From Candidatus Aminicenantes bacterium (GTDB lineage Bacteria > Acidobacteriota > Aminicenantia > S016-38): DNA of 37,162 bases. Of this stretch, positions 1 through 8,530 are shown in pieces. Made by a program: the position numbers and the translations under genes. A model generated the notes under the pieces. The model saw nothing but the letters and a program-made list of their open reading frames with translations, was not told where the DNA came from and searched no databases. Numbering within the stretch: the first letter of the stretch is position 1; every line of letters begins with the position of its first letter. The stretch is from assembly GCA_021161165.1 (NCBI GenBank), contig JAGHBF010000114.1:1-37162 (forward strand), given 5' to 3'.

Positions 1-842
1 ACTAGAAATCCATGCTTTAAAAGCAAACCGTTTGTATCCACAAGTTTTGTTACGGGTTTGAAGCCATGGTCTGACATTATTATAAGGAAGACTTTCCCCG
101 TTTTTTCCACCCATTGATGTAATTGCTCTATTGCCCTGTCAAGTTCTTTATAAACTTCAAGTGCTAGTTGCCTGCACTTTGGTTTGAAAAGTGGATGTTC
201 CGGCTCAATACAGTGGTAGAGAAAATGTTGAACAATATCAGACGACTGGAAATGAACCATTGCGACATCCCAGTCAGGAGAGTGAAGCAGATATTTCGCA
301 AGATTAACTCGGTTCTGTATTGTTTTTTTTAGTTCCGAGACGAATCTTTTTATTCCATAACGAGAATAAACCGCTCCAGTAGTCATAATTCTATATTCGG
401 GAAATTCTTCCCTTATTTCGTCTGTAAGTTCTGGGGGGTATGTAAAAGTCACTTTTGTTCCAGGAGTGAGCATTCCTGTGACAAGCTGACCTCTTACAGG
501 GAAAGGAGGATAAGTCATGGGAACATTTATACTTATAATCCTTTTCCCTAATTCACTCAGAAGTTCCCAGATGGTTTTATATTTAATATGAGAATTTGTC
601 ACAAAATATGTTCCATATTTCCCATTGTAATTGTTAAATTCAAAAATTCCATGCCTTGCAGGGGAAACGCCGGTCATGAAAGTAGTCCAGGCAGGAGCTG
701 TTATAGGAAGCTCAGTAGATTTTAATATAGATTTTGCCCCTGACTTATTTAGAGAACTTAAATAGGGCATTACTCCCTCTTCTTCTAACCGATCGAGCAC
801 CTTCCAAGTACCGCCATCTATTCCAATAATTAAAATCCTCAT
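1..842 (-). CDS. Alkaline-phosphatase-superfamily protein (type I phosphodiesterase / nucleotide pyrophosphatase-like); C-terminus lies beyond the window edge
   Basis: Absent from the ORF track because it runs off the window. My reverse-strand translation from the ATG at 842-840 stays open to base 1: MRILIIGIDGGTWKVLDRLEEEGVMPYL...STELPITAPAWTTFMTGVSPARHGIFEF...DVAMVHFQSSDIVQH...IIMSDHGFKP. The GIDGG, T-x-P-x-W...TG-x-x-P-x-x-HGI and SDHG motifs fit the AlkP/NPP metal-site pattern. Confidence 0.7.
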   Translation of the reverse strand, partial: MRILIIGIDGGTWKVLDRLEEEGVMPYLSSLNKSGAKSILKSTELPITAPAWTTFMTGVSPARHGIFEFNNYNGKYGTYFVTNSHIKYKTIWELLSELGKRIISINVPMTYPPFPVRGQLVTGMLTPGTKVTFTYPPELTDEIREEFPEYRIMTTGAVYSRYGIKRFVSELKKTIQNRVNLAKYLLHSPDWDVAMVHFQSSDIVQHFLYHCIEPEHPLFKPKCRQLALEVYKELDRAIEQLHQWVEKTGKVFLIIMSDHGFKPVTKLVDTNGLLLKHGFL

Positions 843-885
843 AAATTTGATTATACTTTAAGATTTTGGCTTGAAAAAGACTAAA

Positions 886-2022
886 TTATTCTTTTTGTTC
901 CAATTTCTTTTCGATCAAATTCATAAGCTGATCGAATCTTTTTTCCCAAGAATTTTCTATTGCGAGTTTCTTTCTTTTTATATATTTTTCCTCTGTCTCC
1001 AGTTCGGGGATTTTTTCCAAAAGTTTTAGAAATTCTTCAGAGGAACTTACAGTATATAACACATCTTTGAACCTTGATATGTTTTCCTCTATTCCTGAAA
1101 CAATAACAGGTTTTCCTGTGGCAAAAGATTCAAAGATTTTGGAAGGTATAACACCCTTTGTCCATTCATTATTTTTATAAGGAAGTATAATACAATCACA
1201 GTTGATTAGCTTCTCTGGGAGCACATTTATTCTAACAGGAGGCTTGAAGGTCACATTTTTAGGAATATCTTTGAGCTCACTCTTTATCGGGCCTATAAAG
1301 ACGAATTCAAGATCCTCACGCTTCTTTGCAACCGAAAATATCATATCTAAATCAAGTCTATTACTGTTAATTCCTCCAAAAAAACATAGTGTTTTTATTC
1401 TCTTTACCCTGCCATTGTCCGCCTTAGAAAATATATCAAAATGAACTCCTGGAAGAATTTGATATGTTTTTTCGGGGAAAAAGTTTAACATTTTTTTATA
1501 AAGGAAGTCTGAATCAGTAATTATCAAGTCGCTTATTAATGCAAGTTCCCTTTCTGTGTCTTTTATATCCTGAGGTGCGCCTTCAATACCTGGAAAGTTA
1601 ACCACGCAATCGTAAATCAAGAAGGAATAGTTGATATTTTTGAGGATATTAAGCGTAGTATCTGTAGGGAGATAAGCAATAACAAGAGGGTTTTTAATTT
1701 TAGCCTTCTTTATTTTGTTTAAAAGGATGGGGATTAGATATTTCCTGTTTATTTTTCTAAACAAACGATATGTAGGAGGCAAAAATTGAACTTTAAATTT
1801 TATCAACTTATCTGGAACAGGGTTTCTGTAGCCGCTTCCAAATCCAAGAATTTTTTTGGAAATTATTCTATAAATATCTTTCAATCTGAGATCAGTGATA
1901 CGGGTACCCTCCACAAATACAACTTTCCACCCAGAATTTAAAAAAAAACTGGCCAGAGTTTGATGTCTCTGCCAGAGAAAATTCCAATCGATCGATGATA
2001 AAATCAAAACTTCTTTTTGCAT
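886..2022 (-). CDS. Glycosyltransferase (GT-B fold, GT1/GT4-like)
   Basis: 378-aa ORF. The C-terminal region KGVIPSKIFESFATGKPVIVSG resembles the GT-B nucleotide-sugar binding / E-x7-E region. The gene is co-oriented with, and 43 nt upstream of, the AlkP-family gene. Confidence 0.65.
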   Translation of the reverse strand: MQKEVLILSSIDWNFLWQRHQTLASFFLNSGWKVVFVEGTRITDLRLKDIYRIISKKILGFGSGYRNPVPDKLIKFKVQFLPPTYRLFRKINRKYLIPILLNKIKKAKIKNPLVIAYLPTDTTLNILKNINYSFLIYDCVVNFPGIEGAPQDIKDTERELALISDLIITDSDFLYKKMLNFFPEKTYQILPGVHFDIFSKADNGRVKRIKTLCFFGGINSNRLDLDMIFSVAKKREDLEFVFIGPIKSELKDIPKNVTFKPPVRINVLPEKLINCDCIILPYKNNEWTKGVIPSKIFESFATGKPVIVSGIEENISRFKDVLYTVSSSEEFLKLLEKIPELETEEKYIKRKKLAIENSWEKRFDQLMNLIEKKLEQKE

Positions 2023-2074
2023 TGAAAAAAATTATAGCGAAACTTCCCTTCTTTTAAAAGACGAGCTTGCTGAG

Positions 2075-2114
2075 TAAAAGAATTCCCCCTCACTAAGGAG
2101 GGGGAATTCTTTTT
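2075..2114 (-). terminator. Rho-independent terminator after the tricorn protease gene; the hairpin is flanked by T-runs on both strands
   Basis: A perfect 13-bp stem pairs AGAATTCCCCCTC (2079-2091) with GAGGGGGAATTCT (2098-2110), with a 6-nt loop. On the minus-strand RNA the stem is followed by UUUU (2078-2075). It sits directly after the stop codon at 2113-2115. Confidence 0.8.
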
Positions 2115-5100
2115 ATTTAATAGGTGGCTTCGGTCTTGGTGGTAACTTTGGCGGGTGTTTCTTTATCTTTTCCATAAGAATTTCCACAGCTTTTTCGAGC
2201 TGTGGGTCCCTTCCCTTCATAAGGGCACCAGGGGTGTTATCCACCACTATATCCGGCTCAACACCATGGTTCTCTATTACCCACTTGCTCTCTATGCTGT
2301 AATGTCCAAATTCGGGAGTTGTAATATAGCCTCCGTCTAGCAGTGGCCTGTAGCCCCTTATTCCTATAACACCGCCCCAGCTCCTTGTTCCGATTAGTGG
2401 CCCCAGTTTGTAGAATTTGAAGAAATAGGGGAATATGTCTCCATCGGAGGCAGAGTAGTGATTTACCAAACAGGCCATGTACCCTGTAAATACAGCGCTT
2501 GGATATGTGTCTGGTTCTGCGTTTCTTGGTGCTCCCATTGCTGCAAGAATTCTGCGGAGTCTCTCCAGTATCATCTGAGAAACGAAGCCTCCACCGTTGA
2601 ATCTTACGTCTATTATCAATCCCTGCTTGTTAATTTGAGCGTAGTATCCCTTTACGAATTCGTTAAGCCCTTCAAGGCTCATATCAGGTATATGAAGATA
2701 TCCTATTTTACCTCCCGACAGTTTCTCTACCCTCCTTCTGTTGTTAAGTACCCAATTGTAATAGCGCAAGGACATTTCGTTTTCAATCGGAATAACTTTT
2801 ATTTCCCAGGCACCTTCCTTTGTGGGTTTTGAATTTACAAGTATCCTTGTTAACTTTCCTGCTCTTTCCTCGAGAAGAGAATATGGATTTGTTGGCCAGC
2901 GGAGTTCTTTTCCTGCTATGGCGATGATATAGTCACCTTCTTTAATCTTTATGCCAGGTTGTTTGAGAGGGCTTATGTACTTTCTCTCCCAGTTGGCACC
3001 TTCGAGTATTCGAGCAATTTTATAATATCCATTTTCCCCCTTTACAAGGTCTGCTCCAAGATGACCCACATTGGTGTGTTTGAACTCCGGATAGTCTCCT
3101 CCTCCTACGTATGTATGGGAACATGCAAGTTCTCCCAGCATTTCTCCGAGAATGTAATTAAGGTCAAACCTGTGAGAGATATAGGGGATAAGACTTCCCC
3201 ATCTTTTGAGCATTTCCTTCCAGTTGACCCCATGCATATTTGGGACATAGAAGAAGTCTCGCTCCAGTCTCCAGGCTTCCATGAACATCTCTTTCCACTC
3301 TTCAAGAGGCTTTACATAGGATTCCATATTTGAAAGGTTTACACTGCCCTTGCCCGGGGAAACGTTGGTAGATGAAGAGGGAATGATGCCAATGGTTTTT
3401 CCGGATCTGTAAGCGATTTTTTTACTATCCGCAGAAAGAGCATAACCCCGAATTGGGGATATTATTTTTACAGGTTTCCTTTCCTTAAGAATGTACGCCA
3501 TAAGAGTGGGAGTGGTGCCCTCCCCCGCAGAGACGTAAAATACCCTGTCTTTGGTGGCCATCAAGCCGTAATAGTCTCCATAAGGCATTTTGAAGACAAC
3601 GATTCTGTTTGAGAGACCTTTGAGCTCTATAGAAAACTCTTTCTTTCCCTTCTTTTTGGGTTTGTTTTCTTTATTTTCACTTTTTTCTGTCTTCTCTTCG
3701 TCAACTCTCGGCGCCATGGGATTTTCCACGTCTGGCCTCAGCAGAGCTGCGTAGATTCGGTCCATTTTATTATAGGTATAGCTAAGTTCAAAATGTCCCA
3801 GTGTGGGGTGATAATCCCTTGAAGAAATAAAATAAAGATATCTACCCTCTGGATCAAAGGCAGGATCTCGGTCATCTGTAAGGTGGGATGTTACCCTGTA
3901 TGATTTTTTATCTTTGAGAGAATATATGAATATAGAGCTGAAACGATTATCTTCGGGCTTGGCGTAGGCAATCCAGTTGCTATCAGGAGACCATGTATAG
4001 CTTCTTATTTCCCACACCTTTGCCCTGTCAACTAAGATCGGTTTTTTCTCGTTGATATTCACATACCAGAGAGTTAGATTTTTATCAGACCATGCTATTT
4101 TTTTGCTGTCTGGAGACCACACCAAGCTGTATTTGTAACATTTTCCTGCGGTGGTAATTTTTATTGGTTTTCCGCCATCTTTGGAAATTATGTAAATTCC
4201 CTCTTCTCCGTCCATATCGGAGACGAAGGCAATCCATTTTCCATCAGGTGACCATGTTGCGTATTTTTCTCTGGAATTAGATGAATTGGTGAGGTTTTTT
4301 GTGTCGCCCTCTTTTGCAGGTATAGTGAATATATCTCCCCTCGCCACCGCAACTATTCTTTTGCCGTGAGGTGATATGTCAAATGATTCTAATTTATCGG
4401 ATACCTTTTTCCACTGGGGCCTTGCCCATATTCTATCTGTGGGAATTTCCACTTTGACTTCCTTTGTGTTTTTCGTCTGAATGTTATAGACGAAAAGCCT
4501 TCCGCCTTTTTCAAACACGATTTTTCCATCCCCGAGGGATGGCCATAGCACATCATAGTCCTGGAAATTTGTAACCTGGACGATTTTCCCTGTTTTAAGG
4601 TCATAATAGAAAAGATTAAGAATTTCCCTGCCGTCAGATTTTCTCCTGCTCCTGTCTGATACGAAAAATATTTTGTCCTTATACCACATTGGAAAACGAT
4701 CTGAACCAGTGTATTTCGTGATACGCTGAAGTTTAAGGGTTCGAAGGTTATAAATCCAGATGTCCTGAGCCATGCCTCCTTTATAGCGCTTCCATGTTCT
4801 AAAATCCCTGAAAATTCTGTTCATTGCGAGCTTTTTGCCATCAGGAGAGTAACTGGCAAATCCTCCGTATGGTAGAGGGAGAGGATCAGGCAGAGCCCCA
4901 TTCAGATCAACAGTATATAGTTTTCCAAGCCAGGTATCAAAGGTTTTAAATCTTGAGCGAAAGAGCACCCTTTTACCATCTGGTGTCCAGCCCATAACAA
5001 GATTGTCAGGGCCAAACCTTTCAGACGTTTTTATTTCCCCGTGATAGGTGAGTCTTTTTGGAATTCCTCCTTCTGCTGGTATTACATACACCTCAAAATG

Positions 5101-5352
5101 GCCGTCGTACTGACCTGTGAAGGCGATCCATTTACCATCAGGGGAGAAGCGTGGGAAGATTTCCAGCCCTGGATGAGAAGTTAATCTTCTTGCTATCCCA
5201 CCATTTTCTTCCACTACCCAGATATCCCCACCATAAGTAAAAGCAATTTTTCCGTGACTTATGGTAGGAAACCTCATAACTCTTCCCTCTATTGCAAAGA
5301 GGGAAAAGGTTGCAAGTAATAAGACAAGAATAAAAATGAGGCTCTTTTTCAT
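2113..5352 (-). CDS. Tricorn protease homolog (beta-propeller + PDZ + S41 C-terminal peptidase), secreted
   Basis: The ORF track gives 1088 aa. I moved the start to Met10 (ATG at 5352), which is preceded by GGAGGGTGAT and gives the signal peptide MKKSLIFILVLLLATFSLFA. Repeated SPDGK/WSPD propeller blades are present, along with the S41 region DVRFNGGGFVSQ and GTRSWGG. The length and architecture are typical of tricorn homologs. Confidence 0.85.
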   Translation of the reverse strand: MKKSLIFILVLLLATFSLFAIEGRVMRFPTISHGKIAFTYGGDIWVVEENGGIARRLTSHPGLEIFPRFSPDGKWIAFTGQYDGHFEVYVIPAEGGIPKRLTYHGEIKTSERFGPDNLVMGWTPDGKRVLFRSRFKTFDTWLGKLYTVDLNGALPDPLPLPYGGFASYSPDGKKLAMNRIFRDFRTWKRYKGGMAQDIWIYNLRTLKLQRITKYTGSDRFPMWYKDKIFFVSDRSRRKSDGREILNLFYYDLKTGKIVQVTNFQDYDVLWPSLGDGKIVFEKGGRLFVYNIQTKNTKEVKVEIPTDRIWARPQWKKVSDKLESFDISPHGKRIVAVARGDIFTIPAKEGDTKNLTNSSNSREKYATWSPDGKWIAFVSDMDGEEGIYIISKDGGKPIKITTAGKCYKYSLVWSPDSKKIAWSDKNLTLWYVNINEKKPILVDRAKVWEIRSYTWSPDSNWIAYAKPEDNRFSSIFIYSLKDKKSYRVTSHLTDDRDPAFDPEGRYLYFISSRDYHPTLGHFELSYTYNKMDRIYAALLRPDVENPMAPRVDEEKTEKSENKENKPKKKGKKEFSIELKGLSNRIVVFKMPYGDYYGLMATKDRVFYVSAGEGTTPTLMAYILKERKPVKIISPIRGYALSADSKKIAYRSGKTIGIIPSSSTNVSPGKGSVNLSNMESYVKPLEEWKEMFMEAWRLERDFFYVPNMHGVNWKEMLKRWGSLIPYISHRFDLNYILGEMLGELACSHTYVGGGDYPEFKHTNVGHLGADLVKGENGYYKIARILEGANWERKYISPLKQPGIKIKEGDYIIAIAGKELRWPTNPYSLLEERAGKLTRILVNSKPTKEGAWEIKVIPIENEMSLRYYNWVLNNRRRVEKLSGGKIGYLHIPDMSLEGLNEFVKGYYAQINKQGLIIDVRFNGGGFVSQMILERLRRILAAMGAPRNAEPDTYPSAVFTGYMACLVNHYSASDGDIFPYFFKFYKLGPLIGTRSWGGVIGIRGYRPLLDGGYITTPEFGHYSIESKWVIENHGVEPDIVVDNTPGALMKGRDPQLEKAVEILMEKIKKHPPKLPPRPKPPIK

Positions 5353-5450
5353 ATCACCCTCCATTTCTAAACATTCCAAAAATATTTTACGACTTGATGG
5401 CGGGATAGTTAATTCTTTAATTTTATCGGTATATAACTAAATGAAGAAGG

Positions 5451-5918
5451 TTACTTAACCACAGGAAATCCAGCTTCTTTCCAGCCATTCACTCCATATT
5501 TCATGGTGTCAGCTTTATAACCCAGAAGATTGAGCACTACATTTGCCATGCTTGCTGAGTGGCCTGTTACACAAACTATCACTATTGTTTTATCCTTTGG
5601 TAATTTTTTAAGATTTTCCTCCTTTGCAAGAACCTTGAAAGGGATATTTACTGCTCCCTGAATGTGTTCTTTCTGAAAATCCTCCGGGTCTCTTATGTCC
5701 AAAATGAATATATCCCCGGTATCTTTCTTATCCAGCTTTTCTTTTAGCCAGGTGTTTTTTACAATCCTCCAGTTTTCAGGGGTTGTTGTTAAATAGTTGT
5801 CCAGTGCCAGGCGTATAATTTCTGCCCTGTCAATCTGTTCAAGTTTCTGCGTCTTCTGACCGCAGGCTACTAAAATAAAAATTGCCGCAGCAAAAATAAC
5901 ATACAGTCTTTTTCTCAT
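5451..5918 (-). CDS. Rhodanese-domain sulfurtransferase, lipoprotein
   Basis: 155 aa. It has a lipobox (ILVAC at MRKRLYVIFAAAIFILVACGQ) and the rhodanese active-site loop CVTGHSAS. The SD GGAGGAGAAAA precedes the ATG. Confidence 0.8.
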   Translation of the reverse strand: MRKRLYVIFAAAIFILVACGQKTQKLEQIDRAEIIRLALDNYLTTTPENWRIVKNTWLKEKLDKKDTGDIFILDIRDPEDFQKEHIQGAVNIPFKVLAKEENLKKLPKDKTIVIVCVTGHSASMANVVLNLLGYKADTMKYGVNGWKEAGFPVVK

Positions 5919-5988
5919 TTTTCTCCTCCTTTTTTAAAATTATATTTTTTCAAAACAGTACAATCCAGGGGGATGTCTCGGTTTAAAG

Positions 5989-6016
5989 TTGACACAACAG
6001 GGCAAATAATTATAAT
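5989..6016 (+). promoter_or_regulatory. Sigma-70-type promoter for tRNA-Val
   Basis: TTGACA (5989-5994), a 16-nt spacer, then TATAAT (6011-6016). The -10 box ends 12 nt upstream of the mature tRNA 5' end. Confidence 0.7.
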
Positions 6017-6028
6017 TATATAAGGAGT

Positions 6029-6103
6029 GGGCGACTAACTCAGCGGTAGAGTGCTACCTTCACACGGTAGTGGTCAGAGGTTCGAATCCTCTGTCGCCCA
6101 CCA
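6029..6103 (+). tRNA. tRNA-Val(CAC): tRNA-Val, anticodon CAC, with genomically encoded CCA
   Basis: Hand-folded cloverleaf: acceptor GGGCGAC/GTCGCCC, D-stem ACTC/GAGT, anticodon stem CTACC/GGTAG with loop TTCACAC, variable loop TGGTC, T-arm AGAGG-TTCGAAT-CCTCT, discriminator A, then CCA. Total 75 nt. Confidence 0.92.
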
Positions 6104-6111
6104 TTTTTTAT

Positions 6112-8505
6112 ATGAGAAAAATTTTAACCTTATTTTTTCTGATTCCCTTCCTTCTGGGTTTTCAGAAGTACACTCTTAAAAGTGGGACACAGGTAATTTA
6201 TCAGGAAGATCACAGCTATCCTCTTGTTTCTGTGGTTATAGCGATAAGAGCTGGTTCATCTTATGAATCTCATCGTGAAAAAGGTTTAAGTCATTTCCTG
6301 GAGCACATGCTTTTTGACGGGACACTGATGCATTCAAGGGATGAACTTGAGAAAGCCTTTGCGGACATTGGAACCTATTATAATGCTTACACAAGAAAGG
6401 ACTTTGTAGCTTTTGAATTCGTTTCCCCTCCTTCAGAGGTGATTCCTGCCCTGAAGCTCATAACAGAAATGATTTTTATGAGTTCGTTTCCCGGCAAGGA
6501 ATTTGAAAAGGAAAAGGGGGTGGTTTATCAGGAAATTGTTAAGGATTATCTGAACCCAATGGAATCTTCAGGGTACAGGTTCTACGAAAAATTCCTGGAG
6601 GGGACTCCATATGAAGCTCCTGTTCTTGGCTATCCTCAGATAATAAAAAACCTTGAAAGGCAGAGGATCATAAAATTCTGGGAAAGCCTGTATATTCCTT
6701 CGAGAATGAACGTGATTATCCTTGGTGATTTTAAATTCAACGAAATAAAGGACAGGCTCGATAGAATATTTTCTTCGTACAATCGAAAGGGCAGAGAGAT
6801 TCCTTTGCCTGAAATAGAACCAGCTTGGGGCAAGGTGGAAGTTTTAAATGGCAATTTGAAAAGGCTGGATATAGCCCTTGAGGCTTCCGGACCATGCGAG
6901 GATGGTAGTGGGGTTTATGAAATACTGGCCGGTCTTCTGGGAGAGAAACTTTCATCAATCCTTGGAATTTTCCGTTACAGTTCGGAATACGAAAAGTATC
7001 GTGGGATTTCGTTTATTCATTTCTACGGTTTTCCGTCCAAAGCTATTTCAAAAGACCAGGTAAAAGCTGCTTTGAAAAAAATTCTTTCCATGAATTTCTC
7101 GAAGCAAGAAATAAGTCGGGCTATAAACGATTTTAAATCTTCACGGATTATGCTTGAGGAAAAAAAGCTTCACCTGGCAAGAGAAATAGGAGAATGGTCT
7201 ATTCTGTGCACCCCTGAAAGAAGAGAGGCTTTTCTTAAAGAAGCCTTGAGCGCAACTACCAGGGAGTTAAAAGATGCCATTGGGGCTATATCCCGATATT
7301 ATGCTCTTATACAACAGCCAACAGAGAAAAAAATGTTTAAACTGCCCATTCCTGCACTTAGGAAAGGGACCCTTGGAAATGGACTGAAATATGCACTTAT
7401 GGAAACAAGTTCCAGAATAAATGCCTTTCATGTTCTTTTCATTAAAAGACCTGCAAGGGAAAACTTCCCGGGGCAGTCTCATTTACTCTTTAAAGCACTG
7501 GAAATCCAGCATGGAAAGGACCTGGGAAAGCTGGGAATTAATTACCAGTTTACCGATTATATCTACTTCCCGTTTGACGATTTTTATCTGAGTAAGGATT
7601 ATTCCTACATGAGATTTGAAGGGTGGGAGAGAGAGAACCTAAGGGAGGCTATATGTGAAGTTTTTAATAAGTCTCTGAGTCGGGAGGCCTTCGAGAGGGC
7701 GAAAAAAGAAGTTCTTGGGGAGCTCGGTTATCTTTCATCCATGAGAAGCTGGGTAGGGAAAGAAATGCTTCGAATAAAACTCATGCATTTCCCCTATAAT
7801 CAACCACTTTATGGAACCCCTGAGGTTATTTCATCAGCGAATTATAAACAGATGGAGAATTTTAGAAAATCTTACTTTGATCCTGAGTACATGATTTTTA
7901 CAGGGATAGGAGATGAACTTCCACAATGCCTTAAAAAACTTAAAAAAGTGGGAACGAAATTTTCACCTGCTCCTGTAAATCTATCCTCTTCCCCGAAAGT
8001 CAGAGGCGGAGTTTTAGCAATGGGGTGGAATGTCAGATGGGATAGGGCTACATATTCCTATTATATGCTCCTGGCACATATACTAAGAGACAGAATTGCA
8101 GAAGATGTTAGAGAGAGGAAGGGACTTGCGTATTCAGTTTCAGTGGGTTTTGAACCCTATTCAAACGGAGAAGGTCTTTTTTATATCCTGGTTCCAACAA
8201 CTGCAGAAGGAGTTAAAAAGATTTCCACCACTGTTGATTCTATCTTGAGTAAATTTATGCCCTCGCGAATTTCTGATGATGAATTCAGACGAAGTAAAGT
8301 TTCGCTTGCTGCAAGAGTTCTGCGATACGGTGAAAGAAAAATAAACAGATCTTTTTACACAGGACTTTATATTTACCTTGGACTTGGAGCAGAGTATTTA
8401 TGGAAACTTCCCGGGATTATAACCAGCCTGAATAAGGAGAAACTGGATGAAGTTTACAGAGAATTAAATGAGCCAGAGAAAATTTCCTTTGGTGGGAAAC
8501 TATAA
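6112..8505 (+). CDS. M16 (pitrilysin/insulinase) family zinc peptidase; fused active and inactive halves, with a signal peptide
   Basis: The HxxEH zinc motif (HFLEHMLFDG) sits in the N-terminal half, and a second M16-like half lacks the motif. I moved the start from 6070 to the ATG at 6112 (MRKILTLFFLIPFLLGF, signal-like), because 6070-6103 is the tRNA T-arm/acceptor. Confidence 0.8.
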   Translation: MRKILTLFFLIPFLLGFQKYTLKSGTQVIYQEDHSYPLVSVVIAIRAGSSYESHREKGLSHFLEHMLFDGTLMHSRDELEKAFADIGTYYNAYTRKDFVAFEFVSPPSEVIPALKLITEMIFMSSFPGKEFEKEKGVVYQEIVKDYLNPMESSGYRFYEKFLEGTPYEAPVLGYPQIIKNLERQRIIKFWESLYIPSRMNVIILGDFKFNEIKDRLDRIFSSYNRKGREIPLPEIEPAWGKVEVLNGNLKRLDIALEASGPCEDGSGVYEILAGLLGEKLSSILGIFRYSSEYEKYRGISFIHFYGFPSKAISKDQVKAALKKILSMNFSKQEISRAINDFKSSRIMLEEKKLHLAREIGEWSILCTPERREAFLKEALSATTRELKDAIGAISRYYALIQQPTEKKMFKLPIPALRKGTLGNGLKYALMETSSRINAFHVLFIKRPARENFPGQSHLLFKALEIQHGKDLGKLGINYQFTDYIYFPFDDFYLSKDYSYMRFEGWERENLREAICEVFNKSLSREAFERAKKEVLGELGYLSSMRSWVGKEMLRIKLMHFPYNQPLYGTPEVISSANYKQMENFRKSYFDPEYMIFTGIGDELPQCLKKLKKVGTKFSPAPVNLSSSPKVRGGVLAMGWNVRWDRATYSYYMLLAHILRDRIAEDVRERKGLAYSVSVGFEPYSNGEGLFYILVPTTAEGVKKISTTVDSILSKFMPSRISDDEFRRSKVSLAARVLRYGERKINRSFYTGLYIYLGLGAEYLWKLPGIITSLNKEKLDEVYRELNEPEKISFGGKL

Positions 8506-8530
8506 GGAAGTGAAATCGTATAAATAATAG

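Noticed and set aside
34-42. A DnaA-box-like 9-mer GTATCCACA (one mismatch to TTATCCACA)
   Set aside because: It is a single copy inside a coding region with no cluster of boxes or AT-rich unwinding element, so it is consistent with chance.
3640-3710. A Lys/Glu-rich low-complexity stretch (EEKTEKSENKENKPKKKGKKE) inside the tricorn protease gene, considered as a possible insertion or repeat
   Set aside because: It is in frame, short and located in an interdomain linker position. There is no nucleotide-level tandem repeat beyond A/G-richness, so it is probably a flexible linker.
5353-5379. A longer start (MECLEMEGD...) for the tricorn protease ORF
   Set aside because: These codons are themselves the GGAGGGTGAT ribosome-binding site for the ATG at 5352. 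The shorter form starts with a canonical signal peptide.
6070-6111. An N-terminal extension (MVRGSNPLSPTIFY) of the M16 peptidase ORF in the six-frame track
   Set aside because: It is a translation of the tRNA-Val T-arm/acceptor (GGTTCGAATCC gives GSNP) plus the T-run. The ATG at 6112 gives a proper signal peptide.
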